DNA of 64,000 nucleotides from Gammaproteobacteria bacterium (GCA_965221695.1 OZ244905.1:2816001-2880000); one strand, 5' to 3'; shown: positions 19,551-30,288, numbered from the stretch's first letter. A program made the numbers and translations. The notes: generated by a model not told the origin, from the sequence alone.

Positions 19551-20849
19551 TTACATGTTGGCAATCATTGCCTGGCCGAATTCGCTGCAGCTTACCTTGT
19601 TCGCGCCCTCCATCAACCGGGCAAAGTCATAGGTCACGGTTTTGGAGGATATGGTATTGTCCATACCGGAAATCACCAGGTCCGCCGCTTCCGTCCAGCC
19701 CATGTAGCGCAGCATCATCTCGCCGGAGAGAACCAGGGACCCCGGGTTGACCTTGTCTTGGTTCGCATACTTGGGCGCGGTGCCGTGCGTTGCTTCGAAT
19801 ACCGCGTGGCCGGTGTCGTAGTTGATGTTGCCGCCCGGCGCGATGCCGATGCCGCCGACCTGTGCCGCCAGCGCGTCGGACAGGTAGTCGCCGTTGAGGT
19901 TCATGGTCGCGATCACGTCAAATTCTCTGGGTCGGGTCAGCACCTGTTGCAGGGTGATGTCGGCAATCGCGTCCTTGATGAGTATTTTGCCGCCTGCCAG
20001 CGCCTCCTCCTGCTCCTTGTTGGCCGCCTCCGAGCCTTTTTCCGCGCGGGTGCGTTCCCATTGGTCCCAGGTATAGGTCTGCTGCGGAAAGGTGTTTTCA
20101 GCCAGTTCATACCCCCAGTTGCGAAACGCCCCCTCGGTGTATTTCATGATGTTGCCCTTGTGGACGAACGTCACGCTTTTGCGCTTGTTGTCCATCGCAT
20201 AGCGGATAGCGGCCTGGACCAGACGCCCTGTGCCCTCCCGGGAGATCGGCTTGATGCCGATGCCGGTGGTATCCGGGAAACGGATTTTCCGGTAATAGTT
20301 CGGAAACGCCTCTTGCAGGAGCTCAAGAAACTTTCGGTTGTCTTCGCTGCCTTGCTCGAATTCTATGCCGGCATAGATGTCTTCGGTATTTTCACGGAAG
20401 ATCACCATGTCCACATCCTGCGGGTTCCTGGTCGGCGATGGCACGCCCTTGAACCAGCGCACCGGGCGCAGGCACACATACAGGTCCAGGATCTGGCGCA
20501 GGGCGACATTAAGCGAGCGAATACCGCCCCCGATAGGGGTGGTCAGCGGCCCTTTGATGGCGACCAGGTACTCCCGGCAGCGGTCAAGGGTATCCTCAGG
20601 CAGCCAGGAACCGGTGAGTTCGTTGGCCTTCTCCCCGGCGAGTACCTCCAGCCAACAGATCTCGCGCTTGCCGCCGTAGGCTTTGGCCACCGCGGCGTCA
20701 AGCACCTGTTTGGATGCGCGCCAGACATCCGGACCTATACCGTCGCCTTCAATAAACGGAATCACCGGGTTGTCGGGGACCTGTAATCGGCCGTTCTCAA
20801 TGGTTATTTTTTGCCCTTCGGGGGGTAGCGAACTCGCTGCGGTAGCCAC
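19551..20849 (-). CDS. icd: NADP-dependent isocitrate dehydrogenase
   Basis: [61 protein letters not shown]; GTG start with AAGGAG RBS. Confidence 0.97.
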   Translation of the reverse strand: MATAASSLPPEGQKITIENGRLQVPDNPVIPFIEGDGIGPDVWRASKQVLDAAVAKAYGGKREICWLEVLAGEKANELTGSWLPEDTLDRCREYLVAIKGPLTTPIGGGIRSLNVALRQILDLYVCLRPVRWFKGVPSPTRNPQDVDMVIFRENTEDIYAGIEFEQGSEDNRKFLELLQEAFPNYYRKIRFPDTTGIGIKPISREGTGRLVQAAIRYAMDNKRKSVTFVHKGNIMKYTEGAFRNWGYELAENTFPQQTYTWDQWERTRAEKGSEAANKEQEEALAGGKILIKDAIADITLQQVLTRPREFDVIATMNLNGDYLSDALAAQVGGIGIAPGGNINYDTGHAVFEATHGTAPKYANQDKVNPGSLVLSGEMMLRYMGWTEAADLVISGMDNTISSKTVTYDFARLMEGANKVSCSEFGQAMIANM

Positions 20850-20973
20850 TTCTTTAAATCTCCTTAGTCTGTAAATTTTTGCTATAGCTTATCATATCTT
20901 TGTGCAATGCTGCTTACGCCAGCGGCGGCGGGTTTGACGTGAATGGCACAGCGCTCGGGTTGGTTAGTACAAT

Positions 20974-21624
20974 TTACCCGAATTCCCGAGGCTGAAAATC
21001 CGCCTGGTTGATGATACTGGCGCTGCTCCCCGTTGCCCGGATAACAAACAATCCCTGCCGCTCCGCATGGACATCGGCGGATTGCTCCACCCGCAGGTAT
21101 GCGAGTGCGCCATAGATCTGTTTGCCCCGAAAAACCGGTTCGTGTTCCGTAAATTTCGCCAGCTTATCCAGAAAGTGGGTTACATCCCGGGCATACATCG
21201 TAGTCTTTACTTCCACTACGACCACCACCCCGCTGTTGATAGCGAGGATGTCATACTCGTAATGTTCTCCATTGCGCCGGCCTTTTATGTTGTTGTACGT
21301 CGACCTTACGTCTATCTGCCGCGCTTTTAACAAGGCCACCAGGTCGCCCTCCACCAGGCTCTCCATCAGCTTGCCCCATTGCCCGGTGAACATGCCTTCC
21401 AGCTTTTTCATCCGTTTATCTATACGGCGGTCAGTTTCCTTCATTTGCCGGTCAGTTTCTTTGATTGATTGTCGGGTTTCTTTGATTGATTCCCTGGTTT
21501 GTTTGAATAACTGCTCGGTTTTCCGCATCTCCCGGGAAACTTCCCTCTGCTCTTCAGATACCGTTCGCAGGATTTTCCAGATCTCTTCGGATGTGGCAGG
21601 TTGTTGATTCGGGTTGGATTCCAT
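20974..21624 (-). CDS. Coiled-coil protein with PD-(D/E)XK nuclease-like domain (DUF3782-like)
   Basis: Heptad repeats KETRQSI/KETDRQM/KETDRRI then WGKLMESLV...EYDILA...VVVEVKT; AGGAG RBS before ATG 21624. Confidence 0.75.
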   Translation of the reverse strand: MESNPNQQPATSEEIWKILRTVSEEQREVSREMRKTEQLFKQTRESIKETRQSIKETDRQMKETDRRIDKRMKKLEGMFTGQWGKLMESLVEGDLVALLKARQIDVRSTYNNIKGRRNGEHYEYDILAINSGVVVVVEVKTTMYARDVTHFLDKLAKFTEHEPVFRGKQIYGALAYLRVEQSADVHAERQGLFVIRATGSSASIINQADFQPREFG

Positions 21625-21689
21625 GTGTACCTTCTCCTGTTCAGAAATGACAAGATCGAGAATAACAGGAAGTCCGGAAGCCGTCAAAG

Positions 21690-22379
21690 TTATTTGTTGC
21701 TAACACACCGATCGATGAATTCCCGCCCGGTCATCACGTCGCCGAATTGCTGGATAATGGTTTCCAGCGTGGCCTGGTGCTCGCGATCGGACAGGGTCGA
21801 GCAGCAGTCCTCTACCAGTACCACATTGAAGTCCATGTCAAAAGCGTTGCGCGCGGCAGACTCACAGCAGATGTTGGTTTTCGTACCGGCAATCAGCAGG
21901 GTGTCGATGGCGCGGCTACGCAAAACCCGTTCCAATTGCGATGCGCCGGGAGTGAGGCAGCCATAGCGATTCTTCACCAGGTGGATATCGCGCGCGTCGG
22001 GTTCGAGTTCGCGCCACAGTTTGCCGCCTTCCTGTCCCGGCGCCATGTACTGCATGGTGCGCTCGCGCACCTCGCCGGAAACCATGTTGTTGAAGAAATT
22101 TTCCCATTCCGACTTGCCGCCGTTGCAGTGAAATTCGCTGACTATCCAGATCACATCGCCGCCCCGCTCGCGCAGTTCCCGCGCCAGCCGATTGATATTT
22201 CCGACCGTACCGCGACTGGCAGCCACCTCGGCCGGCGCCCCCGGCTTGCAGAACGCGTTCTGCATGTCGATGACCAGCAGCGCGCACCGGGTCGGATCGA
22301 AGCTGTCGTAGAGATGAAACTGCCCGCGCCGTTTCATCACCCGTTCAACAATCTCTTGGCTTATTCCAATGTTATGCAT
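21690..22379 (-). CDS. Isochorismatase-family cysteine hydrolase (amidohydrolase)
   Basis: ALLVIDMQNAF, K.RY, GTKTNICCESAAR.A (D-K-C triad). Confidence 0.9.
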   Translation of the reverse strand: MHNIGISQEIVERVMKRRGQFHLYDSFDPTRCALLVIDMQNAFCKPGAPAEVAASRGTVGNINRLARELRERGGDVIWIVSEFHCNGGKSEWENFFNNMVSGEVRERTMQYMAPGQEGGKLWRELEPDARDIHLVKNRYGCLTPGASQLERVLRSRAIDTLLIAGTKTNICCESAARNAFDMDFNVVLVEDCCSTLSDREHQATLETIIQQFGDVMTGREFIDRCVSNK

Positions 22380-22407
22380 TTCACATTACCTTTTCGGTAG
22401 ATATTGA

Positions 22408-24468
22408 TTAATCCTCGTGGATAAATAACCTGTCGCGCAGGTACGGATCGCCCGGTATGGCGGTTTCCGTATCCAGCAGCGCCCCACAGATGGGACAGCA
22501 GAACGAGCGCAGCATGACCTCGCCGCCGCTGGCGTAAGGCCCGCCCAAGGACTGCATGGGCGTTTCCTGGCGCGCGGCGTCTTGCTTCCAATCGCTACTG
22601 CCATTACCAGGCGCCCCGCCGCAGCGCCGGCACGCGGGCTGGGGGTTTGCGCCAGTGGCTGCCGGCGCGCCGTTTTTCCGGCGCAGCAGCAATCTGTCCC
22701 GCCTCTCTTGTGTCAATGTCTCATCGGGTTCTCCCGTGTCGGGGTCTATAACGACACCGTACACGGTTTGCGCAAATTCTTGTGAAGTCAGCCCTTCTCG
22801 CACATCCCTGGCCACTTCTGCCGGAGGGCGCCACAACGGGTCGCCATAACCGCCGCCGCCGTTCCACCGCACATACAAGGCGTCTTCACCCATTAACGGG
22901 AATACACCCCAGTCCACGCTTTGTTGCGCGCCATTCCCGGTTTTTACCTTGTCATCGTCTGTCGCCGCCTTATCGTTGCTAATCCGAATATAGGCGTTTG
23001 GCGAACCGGGAAAGCCGCCGGCCAATCCCTCGCTCATGGGGAACTTCGAACCTTTGCCTGAGACCACGTAGTGAATGCCTCCGTCTGGCGCGTCATGGGG
23101 CACGAAGGACAATTCCATGCCCACGCCGCCGCGGTAGCGTCCCGGACCGCCGGAATCTCTCAGCCGCCGGCGGTACAGGTAGCGGATCGGAAACGTATAT
23201 TCAACCGTCTCCACATTGGCCATGCGCGAGATCGGGTTCGGGATTTCGCCGCCCACCTCGATGCCGTCTGCCCAGGCTCGGGCGCCTCCGGCGCCGGCGA
23301 AGGTTTCGGTCAGAATGCCTATCGCTTGTTTGTTGTGCTGATTCTGTCCGAACAGGAACACTGCGAAATGATTGGCGTGCCACACAGCCGAGGCTTCCGC
23401 GGCATATTTTTCGCTGGCGTTGAGCAGTTTGCCGAGAGTAGTGCAGGCTGCGTTGTTGACGGACTGTATGGCGCCCACGGTGGCGACGGAAACCGGCGCC
23501 GGACGCGTACAATTCACGATGGAGCCTTCTGGCGCGATCATGGTAATGGGACTGATCACGCCCTCATTCCAGGTGATGTCATAGCACAGCAACGGGAACA
23601 GGGGCGCAAACAGGCCGCCCAGGGAGGCCCACCTGGTACAATTGATGGCGTGGCGGCTTTGCGCGCTGGACCCGGTGAAATCGAAACACAGCGTATCATC
23701 CTGCTTGGTCATGGTCAGTTCGACCCGGTAGGTCTCATCCTGCACACTCAGGTACTGGCGCGCTTGCCATTGCCCGTCGGGCAGTTCGCGCAGGCGCGCG
23801 CGTAGTTTTTCTTCAGACTTGGCGATCAGCGTTTTACAGGTTTCATCGACGGTCGCAAACCCGTATTTTTGAATCAGCGCGAGCATCCGCTCTCGGGCGA
23901 CATTGTTGCAGGCGATCATGGAGTTCAGGTCCAGCGCCACCATGTCCGGGGAGCGCACCATGTTGAGGAAGGTATCCATGATAGCCCGATTTATCTCACC
24001 TTTTTCCACCAGCCTCAGCCCTGGCGAGCTGAAACCTTCCGTGTAGATGTTTTCCGCATCCGGGCAGAAGCCGCCGGGATTGGTGGCGCCGATGTCATAC
24101 ACATGCACAAAACAAGCGCTCCAGGCCACCAGTTCCCCCTGGTAATGGATAGGCGCCACAAGGTAGACATCCGAGGTATGCAGAGCTGCCGTATAGGGAT
24201 CGTTGAGCAGAAACACGTCTCCGGCGTGGATGTCGCCCCGGAAGCGCCGAATGATTGATTTGCAGGCTTCCGCGGCGCTGGTCAGGTGGTGCAGAAAACC
24301 GACGCCGCCCATGAGCAGAGAGCCGTCCGCGCGATACAGGGACACCATCAGGTCGTGTCCCTCATTGGTGATGGCGCTGCCGGACACGTTTTTCAGGGTA
24401 ATCACGGCCTCATCCACGACCCGGAACAAGCGGTGGCGAATAATCGAAAAAGTGATCGGATCAATCAT
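22408..24468 (-). CDS. Hydantoinase B/oxoprolinase family subunit with fused C-terminal Zn-binding (acetone carboxylase gamma-like) domain
   Basis: DPITFSII, NDPY..LHTSD, DSGGPGRYRGG, GGGGYGDPL.R; C-terminal CRRC...CCPICGALLDTE. Confidence 0.85.
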   Translation of the reverse strand: MIDPITFSIIRHRLFRVVDEAVITLKNVSGSAITNEGHDLMVSLYRADGSLLMGGVGFLHHLTSAAEACKSIIRRFRGDIHAGDVFLLNDPYTAALHTSDVYLVAPIHYQGELVAWSACFVHVYDIGATNPGGFCPDAENIYTEGFSSPGLRLVEKGEINRAIMDTFLNMVRSPDMVALDLNSMIACNNVARERMLALIQKYGFATVDETCKTLIAKSEEKLRARLRELPDGQWQARQYLSVQDETYRVELTMTKQDDTLCFDFTGSSAQSRHAINCTRWASLGGLFAPLFPLLCYDITWNEGVISPITMIAPEGSIVNCTRPAPVSVATVGAIQSVNNAACTTLGKLLNASEKYAAEASAVWHANHFAVFLFGQNQHNKQAIGILTETFAGAGGARAWADGIEVGGEIPNPISRMANVETVEYTFPIRYLYRRRLRDSGGPGRYRGGVGMELSFVPHDAPDGGIHYVVSGKGSKFPMSEGLAGGFPGSPNAYIRISNDKAATDDDKVKTGNGAQQSVDWGVFPLMGEDALYVRWNGGGGYGDPLWRPPAEVARDVREGLTSQEFAQTVYGVVIDPDTGEPDETLTQERRDRLLLRRKNGAPAATGANPQPACRRCGGAPGNGSSDWKQDAARQETPMQSLGGPYASGGEVMLRSFCCPICGALLDTETAIPGDPYLRDRLFIHED

Positions 24469-26567
24469 TTCACGTCAATGATAATATTTCTGTGCCCATC
24501 CATGAACCCCTGTTGTTCGTCCTGGACCACTATTGTCGTGATCGGCGTATGAATCACTGCCGGACCATCGATGATATTACCCGGAAGCAGTTTCTCAAAA
24601 TCAAAGACGACAGCTTCAGTCAGGCTGTCATGGCCGTTGACAAAAATTCTGCGCCGCCCGGCGCGGGCCGCGTCGGGAGAGCTCCCGGCAAGCGTTTGCT
24701 CGGCGACCTGAGGGCGGTCTATTTTGCCGGCGGCGCTGAGCCGGAACCGGGTCATCTCGATCCCCGCGTCACGGTAGGCGGAACCTTTCCCGTAGCGGCT
24801 TTCATAGAGCGATTCAAAATCCTTGACCAGTTGTTGCGCGCCGTCTTCATCCAGCGGCGTCGCCGCGTGTACCGGAGTGACGACTTCGTGCACCTGCATC
24901 GCGTAACGGAACCCGACCGACCACTTAAAGCGCATTTTCTCCTCGGAAAACCCCTCCTCTTTCAACAGTTGTGCCGCCGCGTTCAGCATAGGTTGATAAA
25001 TGGCATTGATCTCCTCGGCCGGGCAGGGCGCAGACTTGGTCAGGGTCACGCTGTAATCGTGTATGACATCGGCGCTGGCCAGCCCGAAGGCGCAGTTTAC
25101 CGATGCGGTATATGGCACGACGATTCGCCGCAGGCCCAGTTCCCCGACAAACGCGCTCGCCAGGATGGGACAGGCGCCGCCGAACGCGTGCAGCGCGAAA
25201 TCCCGCGGGTCCAGACCCTGCTCGACGGTGATCTTATGAATCAGGTCAATAGCCTGCGCGTTCGCCACGCGCAAAATACCAATGGCAGCCTGCTCCAAGG
25301 ACAGGCCGAGCGGGTCTGCGATCTGTTCCTGGAACAGGCGCGCGGTATTTTCCACATCCAGGGTCATGGCGCCGCTCAGGAAACGTTGCGGGTCGATATA
25401 ACCCAGCAGTAGCAATACGTCAGTTAACGTGGGTTGTGTCCCGCCGAGTCCGTAACAGATCGGGCCCGGCGCCGCCCCTGCGCTCTGCGGTCCAACCAGG
25501 GGCGCCCCGGTGTCTTCCTCCAATGTGATCAGGCTGCCGCCACCGGCGCCGATGGACGCCACTTCGATCTTTGGCGCAGTGTAGTGGAACCGGTCTATCA
25601 GAGGTTCCCTGGCGTATTCGAGCTCGCCATCCTGGATGATTCCCACCTTGAAGGTGGTGCCGCCCATGTCCGCGGCGATGATGTTGCTGTCGCCCATCAG
25701 GTCACCGAGAAACTTGCTGCCGATGACGCCGGCGACCGGCCCGCATTCCACCATATTCACTGCCCGCCCGGCAGCTTGTTGCGCTGGGATGAGGCCGCCG
25801 TAGCCTTGCATGACCAGCACCGGTCCCTGGTAGTTGAACTCGCCCAGCAGTCTTTGCAGGTCGTTGATATAGTTGCTGACTACCTGTCCGGCATAAGCGT
25901 TGATCACGGTAGTGGAGGTGCGCTCGTACTCGCCGGGGACCGGCGCTACCTCGCTGCTGATTGACACGTGGATGTCCGGATTGCGCGCCTTGATGATGGC
26001 GCGTATCCGCTGTTCATGCGCGGGGTTTGCAAAAGACCACAACAGCGCCACCGCCATGGATTCGACCTGCTGTTCATCGATGAGGTAGGCAACGGCCTGT
26101 TCAACATCGTCCTCGTCCAGTTCTTGGATGACCGCGCCCTTATAATCCACCCGTTCGGTCACGCCCCGGATCAGACTGTGCGGCGTCAGCGGCGCCGGCC
26201 TGTTCGTCGCGACCGGATGTTTAAGTCCCTCTTCCGACAGTCCCGACCAGCGCCCGTAAGCGCCCCGGGTAACCAGCAGGGTATCCTCGAAACCGGCAGT
26301 AGTGATCAGCCCGGTGCGGGCGCCCTTGCGCTCCAGCAAGGTATTGTCAACCACGGTGGAGCCGTGGATGAACAAGGTGGTTTGCCGAAAAATATCTTCC
26401 AACTCCACCTGCATGATATCAGCCGCCGAACGGACGGAAGCAATAACGCCATCGGCAAAATCCGGCGGTGTGGACAACGCTTTGCCGATGAATACCGAGC
26501 GCCCGTCCTCAACGATGACCGTATCGGTACAGGTGCCGCCCACATCGGTAGCAACGACGAAAGACAT
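24465..26567 (-). CDS. Hydantoinase A/oxoprolinase family ATP-binding subunit
   Basis: DVGGT.TD, HGSTVVDN, EYERTSTTV.NAY, DMGGTTF, IGAGGGS, SAGA.PGP.CY. Confidence 0.92.
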   Translation of the reverse strand: MSFVVATDVGGTCTDTVIVEDGRSVFIGKALSTPPDFADGVIASVRSAADIMQVELEDIFRQTTLFIHGSTVVDNTLLERKGARTGLITTAGFEDTLLVTRGAYGRWSGLSEEGLKHPVATNRPAPLTPHSLIRGVTERVDYKGAVIQELDEDDVEQAVAYLIDEQQVESMAVALLWSFANPAHEQRIRAIIKARNPDIHVSISSEVAPVPGEYERTSTTVINAYAGQVVSNYINDLQRLLGEFNYQGPVLVMQGYGGLIPAQQAAGRAVNMVECGPVAGVIGSKFLGDLMGDSNIIAADMGGTTFKVGIIQDGELEYAREPLIDRFHYTAPKIEVASIGAGGGSLITLEEDTGAPLVGPQSAGAAPGPICYGLGGTQPTLTDVLLLLGYIDPQRFLSGAMTLDVENTARLFQEQIADPLGLSLEQAAIGILRVANAQAIDLIHKITVEQGLDPRDFALHAFGGACPILASAFVGELGLRRIVVPYTASVNCAFGLASADVIHDYSVTLTKSAPCPAEEINAIYQPMLNAAAQLLKEEGFSEEKMRFKWSVGFRYAMQVHEVVTPVHAATPLDEDGAQQLVKDFESLYESRYGKGSAYRDAGIEMTRFRLSAAGKIDRPQVAEQTLAGSSPDAARAGRRRIFVNGHDSLTEAVVFDFEKLLPGNIIDGPAVIHTPITTIVVQDEQQGFMDGHRNIIIDVK

Positions 26568-26621
26568 TTCAATCAGGTTTCAAATATTGATGCTTTTGCA
26601 GGGATAGGCTGCTTTATCTGC

Positions 26622-26903
26622 TCAGCTCTCCATGCCGATGGAAAATAACCGTTCCAGATCGTGGCGCGAGTAGGTCTTGAAGGCGATCATGGTCTCGGTA
26701 TTTTCGATGCCTTCAATGTCTACCATGCGGCTGGTAACCATGTCGGCGATGGCCTCGTTGGTCTCGACCCGGAGGATGCCGACAATATCGTAACTGCCGC
26801 CCACGGAGTACACCTCGGAAAATTCCGGCAGGCCCGCCAGGGCCTCGGCCACTTCGTTGATCCTGCCGTGAAGGGTATTGATTAACACGATTGCTGTAAC
26901 CAT
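26622..26903 (-). CDS. Stand-alone Lrp/AsnC ligand-binding domain protein
   Basis: MVTAIVLI...EVYSV.G.YD...TETMIAF; no HTH. Confidence 0.85.
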   Translation of the reverse strand: MVTAIVLINTLHGRINEVAEALAGLPEFSEVYSVGGSYDIVGILRVETNEAIADMVTSRMVDIEGIENTETMIAFKTYSRHDLERLFSIGMES

Positions 26904-26985
26904 TTAATTCACCTGTAAGTCATTAACATTCAATCATGAGGGCGCCTCAAAAATCAGTAGACAAGCGCGCCACAGGCGCGCATTA

Positions 26986-28617
26986 TCAGTCAGTCATCGC
27001 CCGCAGTTTATGCCGCTGGATCTTGCCGGTCTGGGTCTTCGGGAGTTCCGTCCTGAAATCTACCAGCCTCGGGTACTTATAGGGCGCGATAGTCTGTTTT
27101 GCGAACTCCTGCAACTCGCCGGCTAGCTGTTCCGATGCTTGGAAACCCGCGGCCAGGACGATGAAGGCTTTAACGATCATGCCTCGGGCTTCATCCGGAA
27201 TGCCGACGACGCCGCATTCGCTGACGGCCGGGTGCGGCAGCAGCGCTGCTTCCACTTCCGCCCCTGAGATGTTGTAACCGGAAGAGATGATCATGTCGTC
27301 AGTGCGCCCCTGGTACCAGACATAACCGTCCTCATCCATGGCACAGATGTCCCCGGTCAGATTCCAGCCGTTGACCACGTAATTTTTCTGCCGTTCATCG
27401 GCCAGGTACTTGCAACCGGTCGGGCCTTTTACCGCCATGCGTCCCAGCGTTCCGGGCGGCGCCGGTTGGTCATCATCGCCTAGGATACAGGCCTGGTAGC
27501 CGGGCAGCGCTTTACCGGTCGCGCCCTCACGAATATCGTCTCCGGTGGCGGAGACGAAGATATGGATCATTTCTGTAGAGCCGAGCCCGTCGATCATCCG
27601 GATTCCGGTAGCCGCCAGCCATTCCTGGTAGGTGGGAAGAGGCAGTTTTTCTCCTGCGCTGATGGTTTTTTTCAGGCTGCTCAAATCGAAATCATCCAGG
27701 CGGTCCAACAGGACGCGGTAGGCTGTCGGCGCGCTGGAGCAAATGGTGGCGCCGAAGCTCTCTATCGCTTTGCCCAGTTCCGGCGGCGGCGCAGCTTCAA
27801 GCAGCGCAACGCTTGCGCCTGCATACAGGGGCAGACCTGCAAGCATCCCCAGACCGAAGGTGAATGCAAGTGGCGGGCTACCGATAAAGATGTCATCCGC
27901 CGCCGGCCGGACAGTATAAGTCCCGACACAAACGCACATGGCCATGATATCGCGCTGGAAATGGACCGTGCCCTTGGGCAGACCGGTGGTGCCGCTGGTG
28001 AAGGCGATGATGGCCGGATCGTCAGCGGCGGTATCGACCGGTTCGAAAGTAGTTGCTTTTGCAGCCATGAGCCGCTCCAGCTCCGCGCCCGCGCCGGCCA
28101 TTCCCGAGCCGTTGAATTGTGCCACTCGTCGCACGAACCCGGTGGTTTGCAGAGCGCCGGACAACTCCTCCATCAGACGCTCATCACACAGAGCGAATTG
28201 AACTTGCGCCTTGTTGATGATTGGTTCCAGTTCCAGTTTGCGCAGCATAGGCATGGTGGCGACCGCTACCCCGCCGGCCTTGATCACGCCGAGCCAACAG
28301 GCAACCAACATTGGGTTATTGGCAGATCGCAACAGCACGCGGTTGCCCGGCACAAGACCTATGTCATCGACCAGCACATGCGCGATCCGGTTGGAGCGCT
28401 CATACAATTCCTGGTAGCTCCAGACCTCGTTGTGCGTTAGGATGGCATTGTTTGCGCCAAAGCCCTGGGCGATCTTTTTATCGAGCAGCTCTGCCGCGCT
28501 GTTCAGGCGCGCCGGAAACTGCAATGCGTCTGTGCTGAACACAAACTCGGGCAACAATTCGGGTTGCGGCAGGTTATCCCTGACGAAAGTGTCCACATGG
28601 CTGGTAGGATTATTCAT
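26986..28617 (-). CDS. Aryl-CoA ligase, 2-aminobenzoate-CoA ligase-like
   Basis: SHVDTF.RDNLP N-terminus, FTSGTTG.PKGT.HF.RD, SPPLAFTFGLG, DGLGSTEM.HIF, APYKYPR. Confidence 0.82.
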   Translation of the reverse strand: MNNPTSHVDTFVRDNLPQPELLPEFVFSTDALQFPARLNSAAELLDKKIAQGFGANNAILTHNEVWSYQELYERSNRIAHVLVDDIGLVPGNRVLLRSANNPMLVACWLGVIKAGGVAVATMPMLRKLELEPIINKAQVQFALCDERLMEELSGALQTTGFVRRVAQFNGSGMAGAGAELERLMAAKATTFEPVDTAADDPAIIAFTSGTTGLPKGTVHFQRDIMAMCVCVGTYTVRPAADDIFIGSPPLAFTFGLGMLAGLPLYAGASVALLEAAPPPELGKAIESFGATICSSAPTAYRVLLDRLDDFDLSSLKKTISAGEKLPLPTYQEWLAATGIRMIDGLGSTEMIHIFVSATGDDIREGATGKALPGYQACILGDDDQPAPPGTLGRMAVKGPTGCKYLADERQKNYVVNGWNLTGDICAMDEDGYVWYQGRTDDMIISSGYNISGAEVEAALLPHPAVSECGVVGIPDEARGMIVKAFIVLAAGFQASEQLAGELQEFAKQTIAPYKYPRLVDFRTELPKTQTGKIQRHKLRAMTD

Positions 28618-28646
28618 GTTGTGTAGTCCCCCGATAGGATATTATA

Positions 28647-28692
28647 TAGAAGCTCTGAACAAGTCCAAGTCCATCCTGTACTTGTCAGAGCG
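28647..28692. repeat. Mini-palindrome family member (CTCTGA family) in a divergent promoter region
   Basis: TAGAAGCTCTGAACAAGTCCAAGTCCATCCTGTACTTGTCAGAGCG, with AAGTCC duplicated. Confidence 0.7.
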
Positions 28693-28755
28693 CATAACAA
28701 AACCCATAAAATAAATTCTTCAATTGAGCAATCGCACAACCGGGGTCTTCAAACC

Positions 28756-30264
28756 ATGACATTCGAACTCCCAGACATCGATGGATTGAAACGCCTGGCC
28801 GCCGGGCTGGACCTGCCTTTAGATGATCCCAAAGCACGGCTGTTGTTGGACTACCTCAAACCGTTTGCCGCGGGTTATAACTATATTGATCGGCGCCAGG
28901 ATGAACTGCCGGTATCGCCCTGGGGAGGACGGGATTACCGCTACCCGCGTCCGCATGAGAATCCATTCGGCGCCTGGCTCCTGAAATGCCATATCCAGGG
29001 CGCGCCCACAGGCCCGCTATCCGGTAGAAAAGTGGCAGTCAAGGACAATATCTTTGTCGCGGACCTGCCGTTGACCAACGGTTCCGACGCGCTTTCCGAC
29101 CTGGTGGCCGATTTCGATGCCACCACAGTAGACAGGTTGCTCAATGCCGGCGCGGACATAGTCGGCAAGACAGTATGTGAATACATGTGCCTGTCGGGCG
29201 GCAGCGCCACCTCGGCCAACGGTATTGTGCAGAACCCGCGCAAACCGGGCTATTCCACCGGCGGTTCATCTTCAGGTAGCGCGGCGCTGGTCGCGGCCGG
29301 GGCAGTGGACATGGCCTTGGGGACCGACCAGGGCGGTTCGGTGCGCATACCCGCCAGTTGGACGGGTGTGGTCGGCATGAAGGCAACCCGTGGCGTGGTT
29401 CCCTTCAGCGGCGGCATACCCATGGAGTCGTCAATAGAATACATCGGCCCATTGACACACAATGTGGCCGATAATGCTTTGTTCCTGGAAGTCCTGGCCG
29501 ATGCCGGGGAGGGTGAACCGCATGATTTTAGCAGCGACCTGGGGAAAAGCGCGTCGGGACTGAAGATCGCCGTTCTGAAGGAAGGTTTCGGTTGGCCGTC
29601 TTCCATGGCCGAAGTAGATCGCTGTGTCAGGTCCGCGGGGACCCATTTCGCCGCCCTGGGGGCGACTGTGGATGAGGTTTCGATCCCTGATCACCTGGAT
29701 GGCCCGGCTCTCTGGGGCGCCGTGGTCACAGATGGCTTCTGGCAGACCTTGAGACTGAACGGGGTGGGGTACAACCATGAGGATATTTACTCTCCGGCCC
29801 TGTTTCGGGCCATGCAGGATTGGACTGCCCGCGTTACTGACGCCCCGATCAACGCGCAGTTGCTCTGGCTGCTGGGCCGGCACGTGGAAAGCTATGGAGG
29901 GCGCTACTATGCCAAGGCAAAAAATCTGGTCAGCAAGCTGCGGACAAGCTATGACCAGCCCTTGCAGGAATATGACCTGCTCCTGATGCCCACCACGGTG
30001 GCGACTGCCGCCGGCAATCCCGGTTCACAGCAAGATGCCAGCGCCGATGACATCATGGCTGCCGCATTCGGCAACACCTTGAACACTTGCCAGTTCAATG
30101 CCACCGGTCATCCGGCCATCTCCATTCCCTGCGGCCGCATCGATGGCCTGCCGGTGGGTCTGATGCTGGTGGGTCGCTATTTTGCCGAAAAAACCCTGTA
30201 CCGGGCCGCTCACGCGTTTGAACAATCATTCGACTGGCGGGCTGGTTCAGCGTTGCCCCGCTAA
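28756..30264 (+). CDS. Amidase-signature family amidase
   Basis: VAVKDN, GGSSSGSAA, GTDQGGSVRIP, TGHPAISIP. Confidence 0.93.
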   Translation: MTFELPDIDGLKRLAAGLDLPLDDPKARLLLDYLKPFAAGYNYIDRRQDELPVSPWGGRDYRYPRPHENPFGAWLLKCHIQGAPTGPLSGRKVAVKDNIFVADLPLTNGSDALSDLVADFDATTVDRLLNAGADIVGKTVCEYMCLSGGSATSANGIVQNPRKPGYSTGGSSSGSAALVAAGAVDMALGTDQGGSVRIPASWTGVVGMKATRGVVPFSGGIPMESSIEYIGPLTHNVADNALFLEVLADAGEGEPHDFSSDLGKSASGLKIAVLKEGFGWPSSMAEVDRCVRSAGTHFAALGATVDEVSIPDHLDGPALWGAVVTDGFWQTLRLNGVGYNHEDIYSPALFRAMQDWTARVTDAPINAQLLWLLGRHVESYGGRYYAKAKNLVSKLRTSYDQPLQEYDLLLMPTTVATAAGNPGSQQDASADDIMAAAFGNTLNTCQFNATGHPAISIPCGRIDGLPVGLMLVGRYFAEKTLYRAAHAFEQSFDWRAGSALPR

Positions 30265-30288
30265 GGCAATAAGGTAAAATGGCGTTCC

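Noticed and set aside
19398-20786. 462-aa plus-strand ORF
   Set aside because: Antisense to icd
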